DNA of 64,000 nt, from IMG/VR virus record IMGVR_UViG_3300017774_006254, positions 64,001 through 128,000 of that record; one strand, given 5' to 3'. Positions 17,384 through 27,042 of the stretch are shown here, one piece after another. Each line of letters opens with the position of its first letter. Position 1 is the stretch's first letter. The notes under the pieces were generated by a model. It had not been told where the DNA came from. It worked only from the letters and a program-made list of their open reading frames with translations, and made no database searches. The DNA is from a virus. A program made the translations under genes and the position numbers.

Positions 17384-20300
17384 TGCCTTTGGTGCGGACG
17401 ACCCACAACTTCGAACTTCCGATGACGCCTCGGAGCCCAGACGTTCGTACCTGGACGCCTCAGATGGGCACGCAAGACCTCGTGTACTCGCTTGCTGTTG
17501 GTGCTTGTGCTCCGACAGCCGAGACACAACTTCAGCGGCGCGCTGTCGAGGCCGTGAGCGTTCCATTGGCCAAGTCAGGAGGCGGCTCTGTCGTCACGAT
17601 GAGACCATACCAGAACGAGGCCATCGAAGCCGTTTCAGCGGCCTGGAAGAGTGGTTCGAAGTCGCCATTGATTGTCTTGCCGACGGCTTGCCACCGTGCC
17701 GGACAAGGCGTCCTCATGATGGATGGAACCGTTAGAAACGTAGAAGACGTGCAAGTGGGAGATGTCCTGCTCGGGCCAGACTCCAGGCCTCGAAATGTCC
17801 TCAAGACGCACCGCGGGTTCGGTCAGATGTTTGAAGTCATCCCTGTAAAAGGAAAGCCCTTTGTCGTGAACGGCGAACACGTGCTCACGCTGTACCGAAC
17901 CCCCCAGAAGCCCAACGCTAAGTACCCAAGTCAAAGATCGGCCATCGTTGACGTGACGGTGAATGATGTACTGACCAAGTCAAAGACATGGCGTCACATT
18001 CACAAACTGATCCGAGCGAGCGATGTAGAGTTTTCCGTCAGAGAGGCCCCGGTCATTCCTCCGTACTTCCTCGGCCTTTACATCGCAGACGGCTCCATGG
18101 CACAGCCCAATCAAGTTGCAGTGTCCAAGCCGGACCCGGAGGTAAGAGCTGCCTGCATGGAGCTTGCGGAAAGCTGGGGACTCAACATGCGAACGGACGT
18201 CGGTGGGAGTGGTTGCCCTTCGCATCACCTCTCAGGACTCACGTCTCCAGGAAAGACTCGCGGAGACAACCATATCCTGACGGAACTTCGCAAGCTTGGC
18301 CTCATGAACATTCCCTCCGAGGAACGCTTCATACCAGACAGTTACAAGTTCGGGTCGATTGCGGTGAGAAGAGAGCTTCTGTCCGGCTTCTTAGACGGAG
18401 ACGGACATCTCCATCGAACTGACTACGACGTCATTACGAAATCGAAGCGACTGTCCGATGACATCGTCTTCGTAGCTCGGAGCCTGGGGCTTGCTTCGTA
18501 TTCCGCTCCTTGCGTGAAGGGGTGCCAGAACGGGTTCATCGGGAATTACTTTCGCGTGACCGTATCCGGGGAAACCTCAAAACTGAAACTGAGGATACCG
18601 CGCAAGCAAGCGCCTCTCAGAGCCCAGAAGAAGAATCCTCTCGTTGCTGGATTCAGCGTGAGAAGACTTGAAGAGGAGCCGTTCTTCGGCTTCACACTTG
18701 ACTCAGATCACCGATACCTGCTTGACGACTTCACGATCACGCACAATTCGGGAAAGACGATCATCTCCGCCGAAATCATGGCTCGCACGTACGCGGGCTC
18801 TGGAGAGAAGAGCCTGTTTATTGCGCATCGTGAGGAACTGCTCACTCAAACGGTCGACAAGGTAAGGCTAGTGAGTCCCAACACTCGCGTTGGGTTGGTG
18901 CAGGGGAAGATTGCAGAGTTCGGCCGCGATGTGACCGTCGCCTCGATTCAAACGGTCGGCCACAGTAGCAAGAAGAAGCTGCGTGAACTCATCGACGGCG
19001 GACCGTACAGAACCATGATCATCGATGAGTGTCATCACGCTACGGGCAAACAGTATCGCGATGTCATCTCCGCGTTGATGGAAGCGAACCCCTCGATGCT
19101 GATCATGGGAATGACAGCAACACCCGGCCGGTCCGATGGCCTAGCTCTCGATGCCGTGTTCGACTCGGTGGCATTCGAGAAGGACATCTTCTCGATGATC
19201 CGCGAGGGATGGCTCGTTCCTCCCGTTGGCTTCGCGCAGAAGATCGATGTCGACCTCGACAAGGTTGCAACAGGTAACGGTGACTACGTATTGAGTCAGC
19301 TGTCGAAATTGATGAACACGCCCAAGGTCAACCGCGCAGTTGTCGAAGCGTGGCAGACGCATGGGCTCGACCGGAAATTCATCGCCTTTGCTTGCGACGT
19401 CGCTCACGCAAAAGCCCTAGCGCAAGAGTTCAACGACAGTGGATACCCCGCAGCGGCCGTCGACGGGAAGATGAAGAAGACGGAACGCAAGAGCATACTC
19501 ACTGCATTCCGCGAAGGCGCATTGAAAATCCTCGTGAACTGCAACATCTTGATCGAGGGGTACGACGATCCAAGCGCCGAAGGAGTCCTCTTCGCGCGCC
19601 CGACACAGAGCCAGGGCCTGCACATCCAGTCGCTCGGAAGAGGACTTCGCCTGTTCCCTGGGAAGACAGAGTGCCTGGTGATCGACTGCGTTGGAAACAG
19701 CGCGAAGCACCGCCCAGTGCAGCTCGCTTCCCTCGTCGGCTTTGATCCGCAAAGGAAGTACAAGGGCTTCGCCGGGTTCGGAAACGAGGAAGAGGAAGAA
19801 ACTGAGAAGCCAGCCGAAGTAGGCGTCGACGATGCTCGACTTGGTCAAGCGTCAGAACTTGGATTCGGATTCGCTCCGCTGAAAAGCACGTACCAGTGGA
19901 GAGAAACTTCTTTGGGGTGGATCATCCAGATACCGAAGATCGGCTACTACCTAGTCGCATGGAGCGACAAGACCAAGGTGATGGCCACGATTCGCTTCTA
20001 TGACCAAAGAAAAGGGCGCAAAACAGACAAGCCTCGCGAGGTGACCCGAATGCCGATCGAGTTCGACATGGCCTATGGGCTTGTTGAAGGAGAACTTGAC
20101 CGAATGTTCCGCGCCAAAGACTTGCGACGCGAGGAGAAGAAGGACGAGACAGGCGCAGACCTCGTCTCGTTCGTCCCGCTCGATGATGGTCTGGATGAAG
20201 ACCTGTCCGTCAGAGAAGAGCAGATGCTCAAGGACGCCGAGTGGCGAAACAAGCCCAAAACAGAGAAGCAGCGAGAGTGCCTCGAATCGCTGGGCGTGAA

Positions 20301-20505
20301 GATGAAGACGATGCCCGAGCTTGCTGGAGAAGCCAGCGACCTAATCACCATTATGCGCGTTGAGAAAGAGCTGAAGATGCGCGTGCCCGCGACGCTGAAG
20401 CAGCTGAACTTCCTTCGCTTCCACGGTATCCCGTTCTCCGAAGACATCACCAAGGGCCAGGCCGCCAAACACATCTGGCTTCATCGAAAGGCGACTGAGG
20501 TATGA
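17383..20505 (+). CDS. SF2 DEAD/DEAH-box helicase precursor containing an intein
   Basis: Q motif MRPYQ, split Walker A LPTA|SGKT, IIDECHH, GMTATP, EGYDDP, QSLGRGLR. Confidence 0.92.
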   Translation: MPLVRTTHNFELPMTPRSPDVRTWTPQMGTQDLVYSLAVGACAPTAETQLQRRAVEAVSVPLAKSGGGSVVTMRPYQNEAIEAVSAAWKSGSKSPLIVLPTACHRAGQGVLMMDGTVRNVEDVQVGDVLLGPDSRPRNVLKTHRGFGQMFEVIPVKGKPFVVNGEHVLTLYRTPQKPNAKYPSQRSAIVDVTVNDVLTKSKTWRHIHKLIRASDVEFSVREAPVIPPYFLGLYIADGSMAQPNQVAVSKPDPEVRAACMELAESWGLNMRTDVGGSGCPSHHLSGLTSPGKTRGDNHILTELRKLGLMNIPSEERFIPDSYKFGSIAVRRELLSGFLDGDGHLHRTDYDVITKSKRLSDDIVFVARSLGLASYSAPCVKGCQNGFIGNYFRVTVSGETSKLKLRIPRKQAPLRAQKKNPLVAGFSVRRLEEEPFFGFTLDSDHRYLLDDFTITHNSGKTIISAEIMARTYAGSGEKSLFIAHREELLTQTVDKVRLVSPNTRVGLVQGKIAEFGRDVTVASIQTVGHSSKKKLRELIDGGPYRTMIIDECHHATGKQYRDVISALMEANPSMLIMGMTATPGRSDGLALDAVFDSVAFEKDIFSMIREGWLVPPVGFAQKIDVDLDKVATGNGDYVLSQLSKLMNTPKVNRAVVEAWQTHGLDRKFIAFACDVAHAKALAQEFNDSGYPAAAVDGKMKKTERKSILTAFREGALKILVNCNILIEGYDDPSAEGVLFARPTQSQGLHIQSLGRGLRLFPGKTECLVIDCVGNSAKHRPVQLASLVGFDPQRKYKGFAGFGNEEEEETEKPAEVGVDDARLGQASELGFGFAPLKSTYQWRETSLGWIIQIPKIGYYLVAWSDKTKVMATIRFYDQRKGRKTDKPREVTRMPIEFDMAYGLVEGELDRMFRAKDLRREEKKDETGADLVSFVPLDDGLDEDLSVREEQMLKDAEWRNKPKTEKQRECLESLGVKMKTMPELAGEASDLITIMRVEKELKMRVPATLKQLNFLRFHGIPFSEDITKGQAAKHIWLHRKATEV
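17689..18747 (+). mobile_element. intein with LAGLIDADG homing endonuclease (353 aa)
   Basis: starts at Cys (CHRAGQ), block B NGEHVL, FLGLYIADG and LLSGFLDGDG, ends THN followed by Ser, inserted in Walker A. Confidence 0.93.
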
Positions 20506-21158
20506 GTTACAACGTTTGGTTCACTGAGCCGTACTTGATTTTGGACACGGAGACGACTGGAACGACGAGCAAAGATCGCGTCGTTCAGCTAGGCCTGTCG
20601 CTGTTTGATCAGGGGAAGCTCATCAAGACCCACTCCGCGATGTTCTGGCCTGGAATTGAGATCCCAGAAGAAGCGACGGCCATCCACGGAATCACAACCG
20701 TGCAAGCTTCTTCTTGTCCTCTCTGGGCGTCGAGCATCGTCGACATCATCCGGCTCTCAAGAGGCGCGAACGTTGGCGCGTATCACGCGGACTTTGATAA
20801 GGACATGATTCACAGGGAGATGTCGCGTGTACCGATGGACCTCTCGATGTTCCCTGTATTTCAGCAAGACCACCGTTGGATCGATCCGCTTGTCTGGGTC
20901 AGACACTTGGACAGGTTCGTAAAGGGCCAAGGCCGCCACAAGCTCGCCGCCACATGCGCGCGAAGAGGGATACCCCTGCTCAACGCCCACGAGGCAGTAG
21001 CCGACTCTACGGCCGCCGGATTCCTCCTGTGGGACATGCGTCACGACATCGGGGAGATGACCGTGAGTGAGCTACTTCGGCAGCAAGCACTACTAGCCGA
21101 AGCCCAGGAACGTCAGTTCCAGGCGTGGAAGGCCAGAGAGAGCAGCATCGGGCGATGA
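20502..21158 (+). CDS. DEDDh 3'-5' exonuclease (DnaQ/epsilon-like)
   Basis: LDTETTG, AIHGIT, HADFD, AHEAVAD. Confidence 0.9.
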   Translation: MSYNVWFTEPYLILDTETTGTTSKDRVVQLGLSLFDQGKLIKTHSAMFWPGIEIPEEATAIHGITTVQASSCPLWASSIVDIIRLSRGANVGAYHADFDKDMIHREMSRVPMDLSMFPVFQQDHRWIDPLVWVRHLDRFVKGQGRHKLAATCARRGIPLLNAHEAVADSTAAGFLLWDMRHDIGEMTVSELLRQQALLAEAQERQFQAWKARESSIGR

Positions 21159-21742
21159 CAGCTCCCGAAGAACCGGTCGCCGAGATAGAAGCCCTGCGAC
21201 GGCTCGGGGCTCGCACTGGAACTTGCCTTCGATGTGAGAAGAAGTTCATCGTTCCAGCGGTTGGAACATTCATCGTAGACCAGCATCGTTCCGAGGGCGG
21301 ACCGCGGAGCAGATACGCTTGCTCGCTTCAGTGTGCCATTGAGGCTCTCGAATTCATGACCGATGGTTACGTGTGGCGAGACGGATTACTGGGCGGGTAC
21401 CCGTACTACGAAAAATGGCCAACCCTGGAGAGCAAGCTCGGCCTGTGCACAGAGACCGTCAAAGCGAACTTGATAGCTGCTGGCTATCAACTCGAAAGCT
21501 GTCACGCGTGCAAAGAGCGCTATGTCCTCACGTCCACAAATTTTGTTGTCATGGGCTGTGACCCGAGCGTCGACTACGACTTCGACTCTGGGATGATGAT
21601 CGCGTTGCCAGTGTGCTCGTACAAGTGCGGGGCCCATGTTCTAGCAACGGGCCCGTTCGGGGAATCAAGCGTCCTGCTGAGAGGCGACAATCCGGTACTC
21701 GACAGGAGGACTATCGATGGACGCAGACAAGATCGATTTTGA
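21155..21742 (+). CDS. Cys-rich protein with two CxxC...CSxxC units
   Basis: CLRC..CSLQC and CHAC..CSYKC. Confidence 0.55.
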   Translation: MTAPEEPVAEIEALRRLGARTGTCLRCEKKFIVPAVGTFIVDQHRSEGGPRSRYACSLQCAIEALEFMTDGYVWRDGLLGGYPYYEKWPTLESKLGLCTETVKANLIAAGYQLESCHACKERYVLTSTNFVVMGCDPSVDYDFDSGMMIALPVCSYKCGAHVLATGPFGESSVLLRGDNPVLDRRTIDGRRQDRF

Positions 21743-22106
21743 CTGGCGATCCTGGCGATCGCGCCATGAGCAGGTGCTTGCCCTCAATCGCCTTGGAGCA
21801 CACATGTTCGTTTGTGACTGGTGTGGCGAGGTGACCGATGCCGACGCCGTGTGGATTCAAGTCTACTGCGACAGTGGCACATTCGTCCCTGGACATCACT
21901 GCTCTCTCGGATGCGCCGTCGAATATGCGAAGTCGGAATCGGACTCCGCATCCATCACCACGTTCATCTCTTCTTCTGGCTTCCGTCTCGGCACTGGATC
22001 CTTCACAAAAATGGGGCACTTCCTGCTCTCACTAAGCGCTAACGGCGATCACATCTGGATCAAGGAGAGGGTTCGCCAACTTCAAGACTTGGGAGAGCTT
22101 GCGTGA
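21717..22106 (+). CDS. Cys-rich CxxC...CSxxC protein
   Basis: CDWC..CSLGC; AGGAGG RBS. Confidence 0.55.
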   Translation: MDADKIDFDWRSWRSRHEQVLALNRLGAHMFVCDWCGEVTDADAVWIQVYCDSGTFVPGHHCSLGCAVEYAKSESDSASITTFISSSGFRLGTGSFTKMGHFLLSLSANGDHIWIKERVRQLQDLGELA

Positions 22107-22423
22107 AGCCGGATTGGAAAGACGTACTTCGAAAAATGGCGTCCGTCGCAATTCCGACGTGTGTCGAATGTAGTTCGGAGTATGATGCAGAGGACAGCTT
22201 TCTCGTGTACGAGAAAACGTCCACAACGCAACGCGTTCACGAGGGTTACTGCTCCATGCACTGCGCTATTCACGCCGCACACAAGATCGATGCTCTCTAC
22301 ATGCGTGTCGGCCCTGCTGTCCTTGTCGACGAGCCATGGGCAACCATCTCCGACGGCGACTGGGATGTCTCTGCCGACGGAAAAGAGAGACTGATCGAAG
22401 AGACCTCCGAGGGCCTGAGGTGA
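22103..22423 (+). CDS. Cys-rich CxxC...CSxxC protein
   Basis: CVEC..CSMHC; GTGA overlaps. Confidence 0.55.
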   Translation: MKPDWKDVLRKMASVAIPTCVECSSEYDAEDSFLVYEKTSTTQRVHEGYCSMHCAIHAAHKIDALYMRVGPAVLVDEPWATISDGDWDVSADGKERLIEETSEGLR

Positions 22424-23568
22424 GCTTCTCATTCGAAGAGAAGGTACGGCTTCTGCGCGAGCTGACGCGCTCTTGTGACGATGCGTACGCGCTTCGTACG
22501 CATAAGAACAACGGATGGTCATGGCGTCCGGTGTACGCGCCACTATCCGACAACGCGATCGCGCTCCATCTCAAAGGCCATATCGAAATAGGGAGCTACG
22601 CGCTCGTGCCGAACGGTAACGGACTACTTCCAAACGTCTGGTGGATCGGCGCCGACTTCGATGGGAAAAAGCAGTACACCGAGTGGGAGCGAGACGTGCA
22701 GAGGACAACCGAGTTCCTCATTGAGACAGGCGCACCGCTGAGCGTGAACCTGTCACGAAGCGGCATGGGCGCCCACATTCGAGTGCTGTTCAAGGAGCCC
22801 GTTCCCGCCTGGATGGCGCGACGATGGTTCAACGCGTGGCTAGAAGAAGCGGAAGTTCTCACCTCTGACGACGACCTACACGACGGAACTCCGCAGAGCT
22901 TTGACCGGTTGATACCGCCTCAGGACTTCTTGACGACCATGATCGAAGCCGACGGCAACAGGTCTGTCGGAAACCTACTCGGATCGCCACTGAACAAGAA
23001 GTGCGCAGAAGAGAACAACGGCGGGTCTTTGGTTCTGGACCCGTACAAGGTCGTAGAAGGAGACTTCACGCCCGACGGAATGCACTGGGAACATGTCGAA
23101 ACGGCCCTCAACAACCGAACCTGGGGCGTCGCGGAACTGCAAAGAGCGCTAGACGATGCACCTGGCTCTCCAGCGTCTACTCCACCGTCGTCCAACTACA
23201 AAACACGACTTCCGATTGTCACAGGAGACAGCGGGCAACTCGGCTACACAATGATGTTCTGCGAGTTCATGCGGCACATGCGCGATCCGCGAAATCAGAC
23301 CTATCAGCTATGGGTCGCCCTGGCCTCACAGCTGCACCGTTTTGGTCCCTCCGGAAACGAGGCGTTTCACATGATCAGTAGCGCCTACTCCGGCTACAAA
23401 GCATCGGAGACTGAGCGCAAGTGGAACGAGACGGCGAACATGCGTCCGATTCGCTGCGACACCCTCGTGTCATGGGGATACCGGTGTCCGCACCTCACGA
23501 CGATCCGCTGCGGGGGCGCGAAATGCCCAACTTATTTCGCCGAACATACGTTCGCAGAAATCCTGTGA
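22420..23568 (+). CDS. archaeo-eukaryotic primase (AEP, TOTE-like) with Cys-rich PriL-like C-terminal domain
   Basis: HLKGHIEIGSY, ADFDG motif I, SRSGMGAH motif II, DRLIPPQD, GNL; C-terminal CEF..CDTL..CPH..C..CP. Confidence 0.8.
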   Translation: MSFSFEEKVRLLRELTRSCDDAYALRTHKNNGWSWRPVYAPLSDNAIALHLKGHIEIGSYALVPNGNGLLPNVWWIGADFDGKKQYTEWERDVQRTTEFLIETGAPLSVNLSRSGMGAHIRVLFKEPVPAWMARRWFNAWLEEAEVLTSDDDLHDGTPQSFDRLIPPQDFLTTMIEADGNRSVGNLLGSPLNKKCAEENNGGSLVLDPYKVVEGDFTPDGMHWEHVETALNNRTWGVAELQRALDDAPGSPASTPPSSNYKTRLPIVTGDSGQLGYTMMFCEFMRHMRDPRNQTYQLWVALASQLHRFGPSGNEAFHMISSAYSGYKASETERKWNETANMRPIRCDTLVSWGYRCPHLTTIRCGGAKCPTYFAEHTFAEIL

Positions 23569-23706
23569 CATCCACCATAGGTAGTAGGAGATATCCACCC
23601 GGAGCACTACGACCAAGCGAATCAACACGGCACGAACTTCGCGCCTCAGTACGGCCCTTGACCGAGCCACATGAGCATGGTTCTGTGCCGATTCACCCAT
23701 AGACGC

Positions 23707-23746
23707 AAAAGCGCCCCAACCAGTTTAGCCGACCAGTTGGGGCGCG
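23707..23746. terminator. GC-rich hairpin with flanking A-tract (possible minus-strand terminator)
   Basis: GCGCCCCAAC...GTTGGGGCGC in the primase-helicase intergenic region. Confidence 0.4.
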
Positions 23747-23799
23747 GAGCTAAGCAGTGACAACTGCTGAACTCTTTAGACAAAAGAGCATCACCTCAA

Positions 23800-23808
23800 T
23801 GTCCGACA
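23800..23808. promoter_or_regulatory. TGTCNGACA operator
   Basis: TGTCCGACA 50 bp upstream of the large helicase-like gene. Confidence 0.55.
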
Positions 23809-23857
23809 GCGACGTTAGTACGCCTAATAAGCACTGTCCAGTCCGCCGGGTATTTGC

Positions 23858-26800
23858 TTGTCGTTGAACAGCAATGATCCGTACGACAACCCGTACGGAG
23901 ACTTCGATCCCGACCTGACACGGGCGCACGCACACGAAGCCGCTATCGTGGCGCAAGAACGCGCCCTCGAAGTTCGCTCATGGATCGCACTCCACGCTCA
24001 AGGCGATACGAGCAACATCATCGCTCGGTCGGCTCGCAAAAGCGCCAACTTTTCAGCGGAAAAACTAGACAGGACGGCAAGTCTCGCCCTGGCCTCTTTT
24101 GAAGCCGGAGAAGCTGCGACAGCTCCAGAGGAAAAAGCAGTCGCATACGACGCTGCTATCGAGCACTACATCGCCGCGAACAAGATCTACAGCGAAGTCG
24201 CAGAAAACGCTTACCTCGAAGCAGCCGCAGCAAGACCCGACCCCGCTGAACTACCCATCGTAGAACCACCACTGCCAACCACTCAAGACTGGAAGTCCGT
24301 TTCGTCTCAAGTGAACGTGGAAACCATGCGGTGGGCCGCCAGCGTGCGCGGGCAGACGGGGAAGATGTTGATTCTTCGCCCATCTCCAGGAACAGGAAAA
24401 ACGCACTCGATGTGCGACCTGGCGATTAACGAACAACGACTGCGACAGCGCGTCGTATTTGCTGCTCGCACCAAAGACGTCTTGTGCGAGGAGCTAGAAC
24501 CGCGCGTACGAAAAAGCGGGCCGTTCGTCCGACTGCACGTGATCCAAGGTCGCGACGCAACATCCTGCTGGAACTTCGCCAACGTGGAGGCTGTGCAGCA
24601 GCACGGATACGCCCCAGGTCGGACCGTCTGCTTTTCTTGCGACCACCATCCGCGCGTCGCCTTCTCTGTAGGGGCAAACATCTGCCCCTACTATCAAACG
24701 CGTATTCGCGCGCAGAACGATACGAACTCGGCGCGAAGAGGAATGCACGAGTACCCCATCATCCTTACGACCCACTCCGGATTCCTAGCAGCCGTGGACT
24801 CCGGAGGCGGAATGTACGGCCAGTTCTGGCCGTGCGACACCCTGCTGATCGACGAAGATCCAACGGAATCATTCGAGCCAGAAGTCATCGTGAACCAGCG
24901 CCACGCTGCATTCACGTCAGCGAATCCAGTCGACCGACCGGCAGTCGTGATGGCAGCGATGCTGCGTTCGGCTATCGACCTGGCCAGCATAGAACGCAAG
25001 GCTATGCGTGACACCGCCTGGAAGTCGACAGACGGTGTCCAAAGTCCAATCCACAATCGACTCGGAAGCGTCTACGCAGGACAAGCTCTCCATGACCTCC
25101 TGTCCCGCGTTGCCACCGGTGCCTTTGGTCAACAGTACAACGTGCGAAGCGCCATCCAAGTGCTTCGTGACGTCAGCGACAGCCATGCGCAGCCCGCCGT
25201 CGGCGCGCTCTTCGGGGCAACCACAGCGGCGGCTGTGAGCCTCGTAGTGCCCCCACAGGGCCTCGCAAGGACCGGCGAGGCCCTCTTCGAAGAGATCTCG
25301 ATGCGGGCGAATCTGAGACGCTACGTCTACCAACAAGTCCACGGCCGAGAACTGCCAATCGCCACGGCACCTGAAGTCGAAAAAGAATTGTCGGAGCGAG
25401 TCGAGACGCTAGACACCGCGTATCGAGTCCGACTCGAATTTGCCAGAGACGAATGGAGGTTCGTCGTCCAAGGATTTACAGACATGCGAGACCAGACAGC
25501 CAACGTTGTCGTAGGAGACGCATACGCCCACGTTGAACACTATCGCCAGGTGTTCGATAAGCCTGCAACCACGTCAGACCCCAACTACGTAGACCCGGTC
25601 ACGGTATGCTCGTTGGTTGCGAAGTTCCCGGAAGGAAGCCTTGTCTGGCGCCTTCGAACGCAAGCGAACATCACGCACCTGCTCAACGAAGGATGGCAGG
25701 ACCACGCGGCTATCATCGGGGAGGTTGTAAGCCAGTTGGAGGGCAAGAAGGTACTTGTCTACGGGCACCGGTCCCTCAAAGAGCGCATCGAAAAATTGTT
25801 CGACGATCATGCTGGCTTTGGTACCGACGAGTGGGCGTTCGAGCACTGGTGGGGCGGTCGCGGCAAGGATCATTACCGCGACTTCGACGCTGTACTTCTA
25901 GTGTCAGAACCCATTCAGAACATCGACGGCATGCTGCACAAAGTCAACGCACGTGCTGCCCGAGAGACCGCTCGCTTACTTGCCCAGAACAAGAAAGAAG
26001 AGGCTCTAGTCGAGGGGCAGAAGATCACCTTCTCGACGGGCAAAATGAAGGCTTCTTTTGCTCATACGATGAGGCTCCCTGGCACACATTGGCGCGTGCG
26101 CCAGGAGCACGAAAGACAAAATGTCAGTGAATTGGCGCAAGCTTCTCATCGTGTTCGAGGGCTGATTTCACCCAAGCTGATGGTGATCTTGGGTCAAGAA
26201 ATCGAGCTGACTCGGGACACCATCGCAGCTGCTGTCACGACAGTTCCGGCCAGCCAGCCAGATTCTTCGGGCTCAACGAAGGGTCCCAGCAAGGTGACTG
26301 ATCGGATGATGGACGGCTGCCTGACTGCCGCCGAAGCGTTTGCGTACATGGAGCAAATCGAGGAGCACTTTGGCTGCTGGAGTCCAGCGTTTCTCCATGC
26401 TTTTACTGCTGTTGAGGTATCCAGCGTGCTCGGCGCTATTGGGACCCGAAACTACAAAATGGCACCCAGTTCTTCCTCAGGTGTGACAGGTCGTCATAGT
26501 TCAGGGCGACCTATTATAGAAGAGGCTACTAATAGGTCGCCCTGGACTATGTCAGACTGTCACAGTTGCGGGGCCGTTAGACCTCAACGAGATGATGGAG
26601 ACTCAACCCAGGAAGCGAGTGTTTTGCCCCAGGTCAGACCAGGTCAGATTGTGGATGCAGTCGGACACGGTGCCGGACCCAGTGACCGGGGGACCTGCCA
26701 AGTGTGCCACTCACCTCTCCAACGCGAGGTTGTGCCACTCGCATTGATGCAGCGAGTTTGGTTCCCTCCGACACGGTGGAAGAACCTCTACCAGCTCGCT

Positions 26801-27037
26801 CAAAACAACATGAAGAGACTGCACCAGGCCAGCGGCATGGCTCGCCAAGAATTTAAGTTCCAAGGCAAGTACCGTCCTTCATGGGAAGACAAAGCTCACC
26901 AGGGGTACGCATGGTACTCTCGACACAGTGCCCAACGAGGACACGACTCGTTCGTCGAAATCATGGAATGCCAGTACGGTGTTCACACGACCACGGGACT
27001 TGTTACTCCAAACAAGAAACAGTTCGTTCCGTTTTGA
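23858..27037 (+). CDS. large SF2-like helicase / putative replication-initiator protein
   Basis: PSPGTGKT Walker A, LLIDED Walker B, GRDATSC..CFSCDHH..CPYY cluster as in DinG-like helicases, QASHRVRG motif VI-like; start codon uncertain. Confidence 0.6.
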   Translation: MSLNSNDPYDNPYGDFDPDLTRAHAHEAAIVAQERALEVRSWIALHAQGDTSNIIARSARKSANFSAEKLDRTASLALASFEAGEAATAPEEKAVAYDAAIEHYIAANKIYSEVAENAYLEAAAARPDPAELPIVEPPLPTTQDWKSVSSQVNVETMRWAASVRGQTGKMLILRPSPGTGKTHSMCDLAINEQRLRQRVVFAARTKDVLCEELEPRVRKSGPFVRLHVIQGRDATSCWNFANVEAVQQHGYAPGRTVCFSCDHHPRVAFSVGANICPYYQTRIRAQNDTNSARRGMHEYPIILTTHSGFLAAVDSGGGMYGQFWPCDTLLIDEDPTESFEPEVIVNQRHAAFTSANPVDRPAVVMAAMLRSAIDLASIERKAMRDTAWKSTDGVQSPIHNRLGSVYAGQALHDLLSRVATGAFGQQYNVRSAIQVLRDVSDSHAQPAVGALFGATTAAAVSLVVPPQGLARTGEALFEEISMRANLRRYVYQQVHGRELPIATAPEVEKELSERVETLDTAYRVRLEFARDEWRFVVQGFTDMRDQTANVVVGDAYAHVEHYRQVFDKPATTSDPNYVDPVTVCSLVAKFPEGSLVWRLRTQANITHLLNEGWQDHAAIIGEVVSQLEGKKVLVYGHRSLKERIEKLFDDHAGFGTDEWAFEHWWGGRGKDHYRDFDAVLLVSEPIQNIDGMLHKVNARAARETARLLAQNKKEEALVEGQKITFSTGKMKASFAHTMRLPGTHWRVRQEHERQNVSELAQASHRVRGLISPKLMVILGQEIELTRDTIAAAVTTVPASQPDSSGSTKGPSKVTDRMMDGCLTAAEAFAYMEQIEEHFGCWSPAFLHAFTAVEVSSVLGAIGTRNYKMAPSSSSGVTGRHSSGRPIIEEATNRSPWTMSDCHSCGAVRPQRDDGDSTQEASVLPQVRPGQIVDAVGHGAGPSDRGTCQVCHSPLQREVVPLALMQRVWFPPTRWKNLYQLAQNNMKRLHQASGMARQEFKFQGKYRPSWEDKAHQGYAWYSRHSAQRGHDSFVEIMECQYGVHTTTGLVTPNKKQFVPF
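26482..26564. repeat. long imperfect inverted repeat (35-bp arms, 13-nt loop), candidate origin
   Basis: left arm 26482-26516 and right arm 26530-26564 pair at 30 of 35 positions, inner 15 bp perfect; AT-rich centre. Confidence 0.85.
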
Positions 27038-27042
27038 GGCCT

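Noticed and set aside
20502-20510. MSY start of the DnaQ-like exonuclease
   Set aside because: No GQ motif, TM or basic tail; coupled within the replication operon, so probably coincidental
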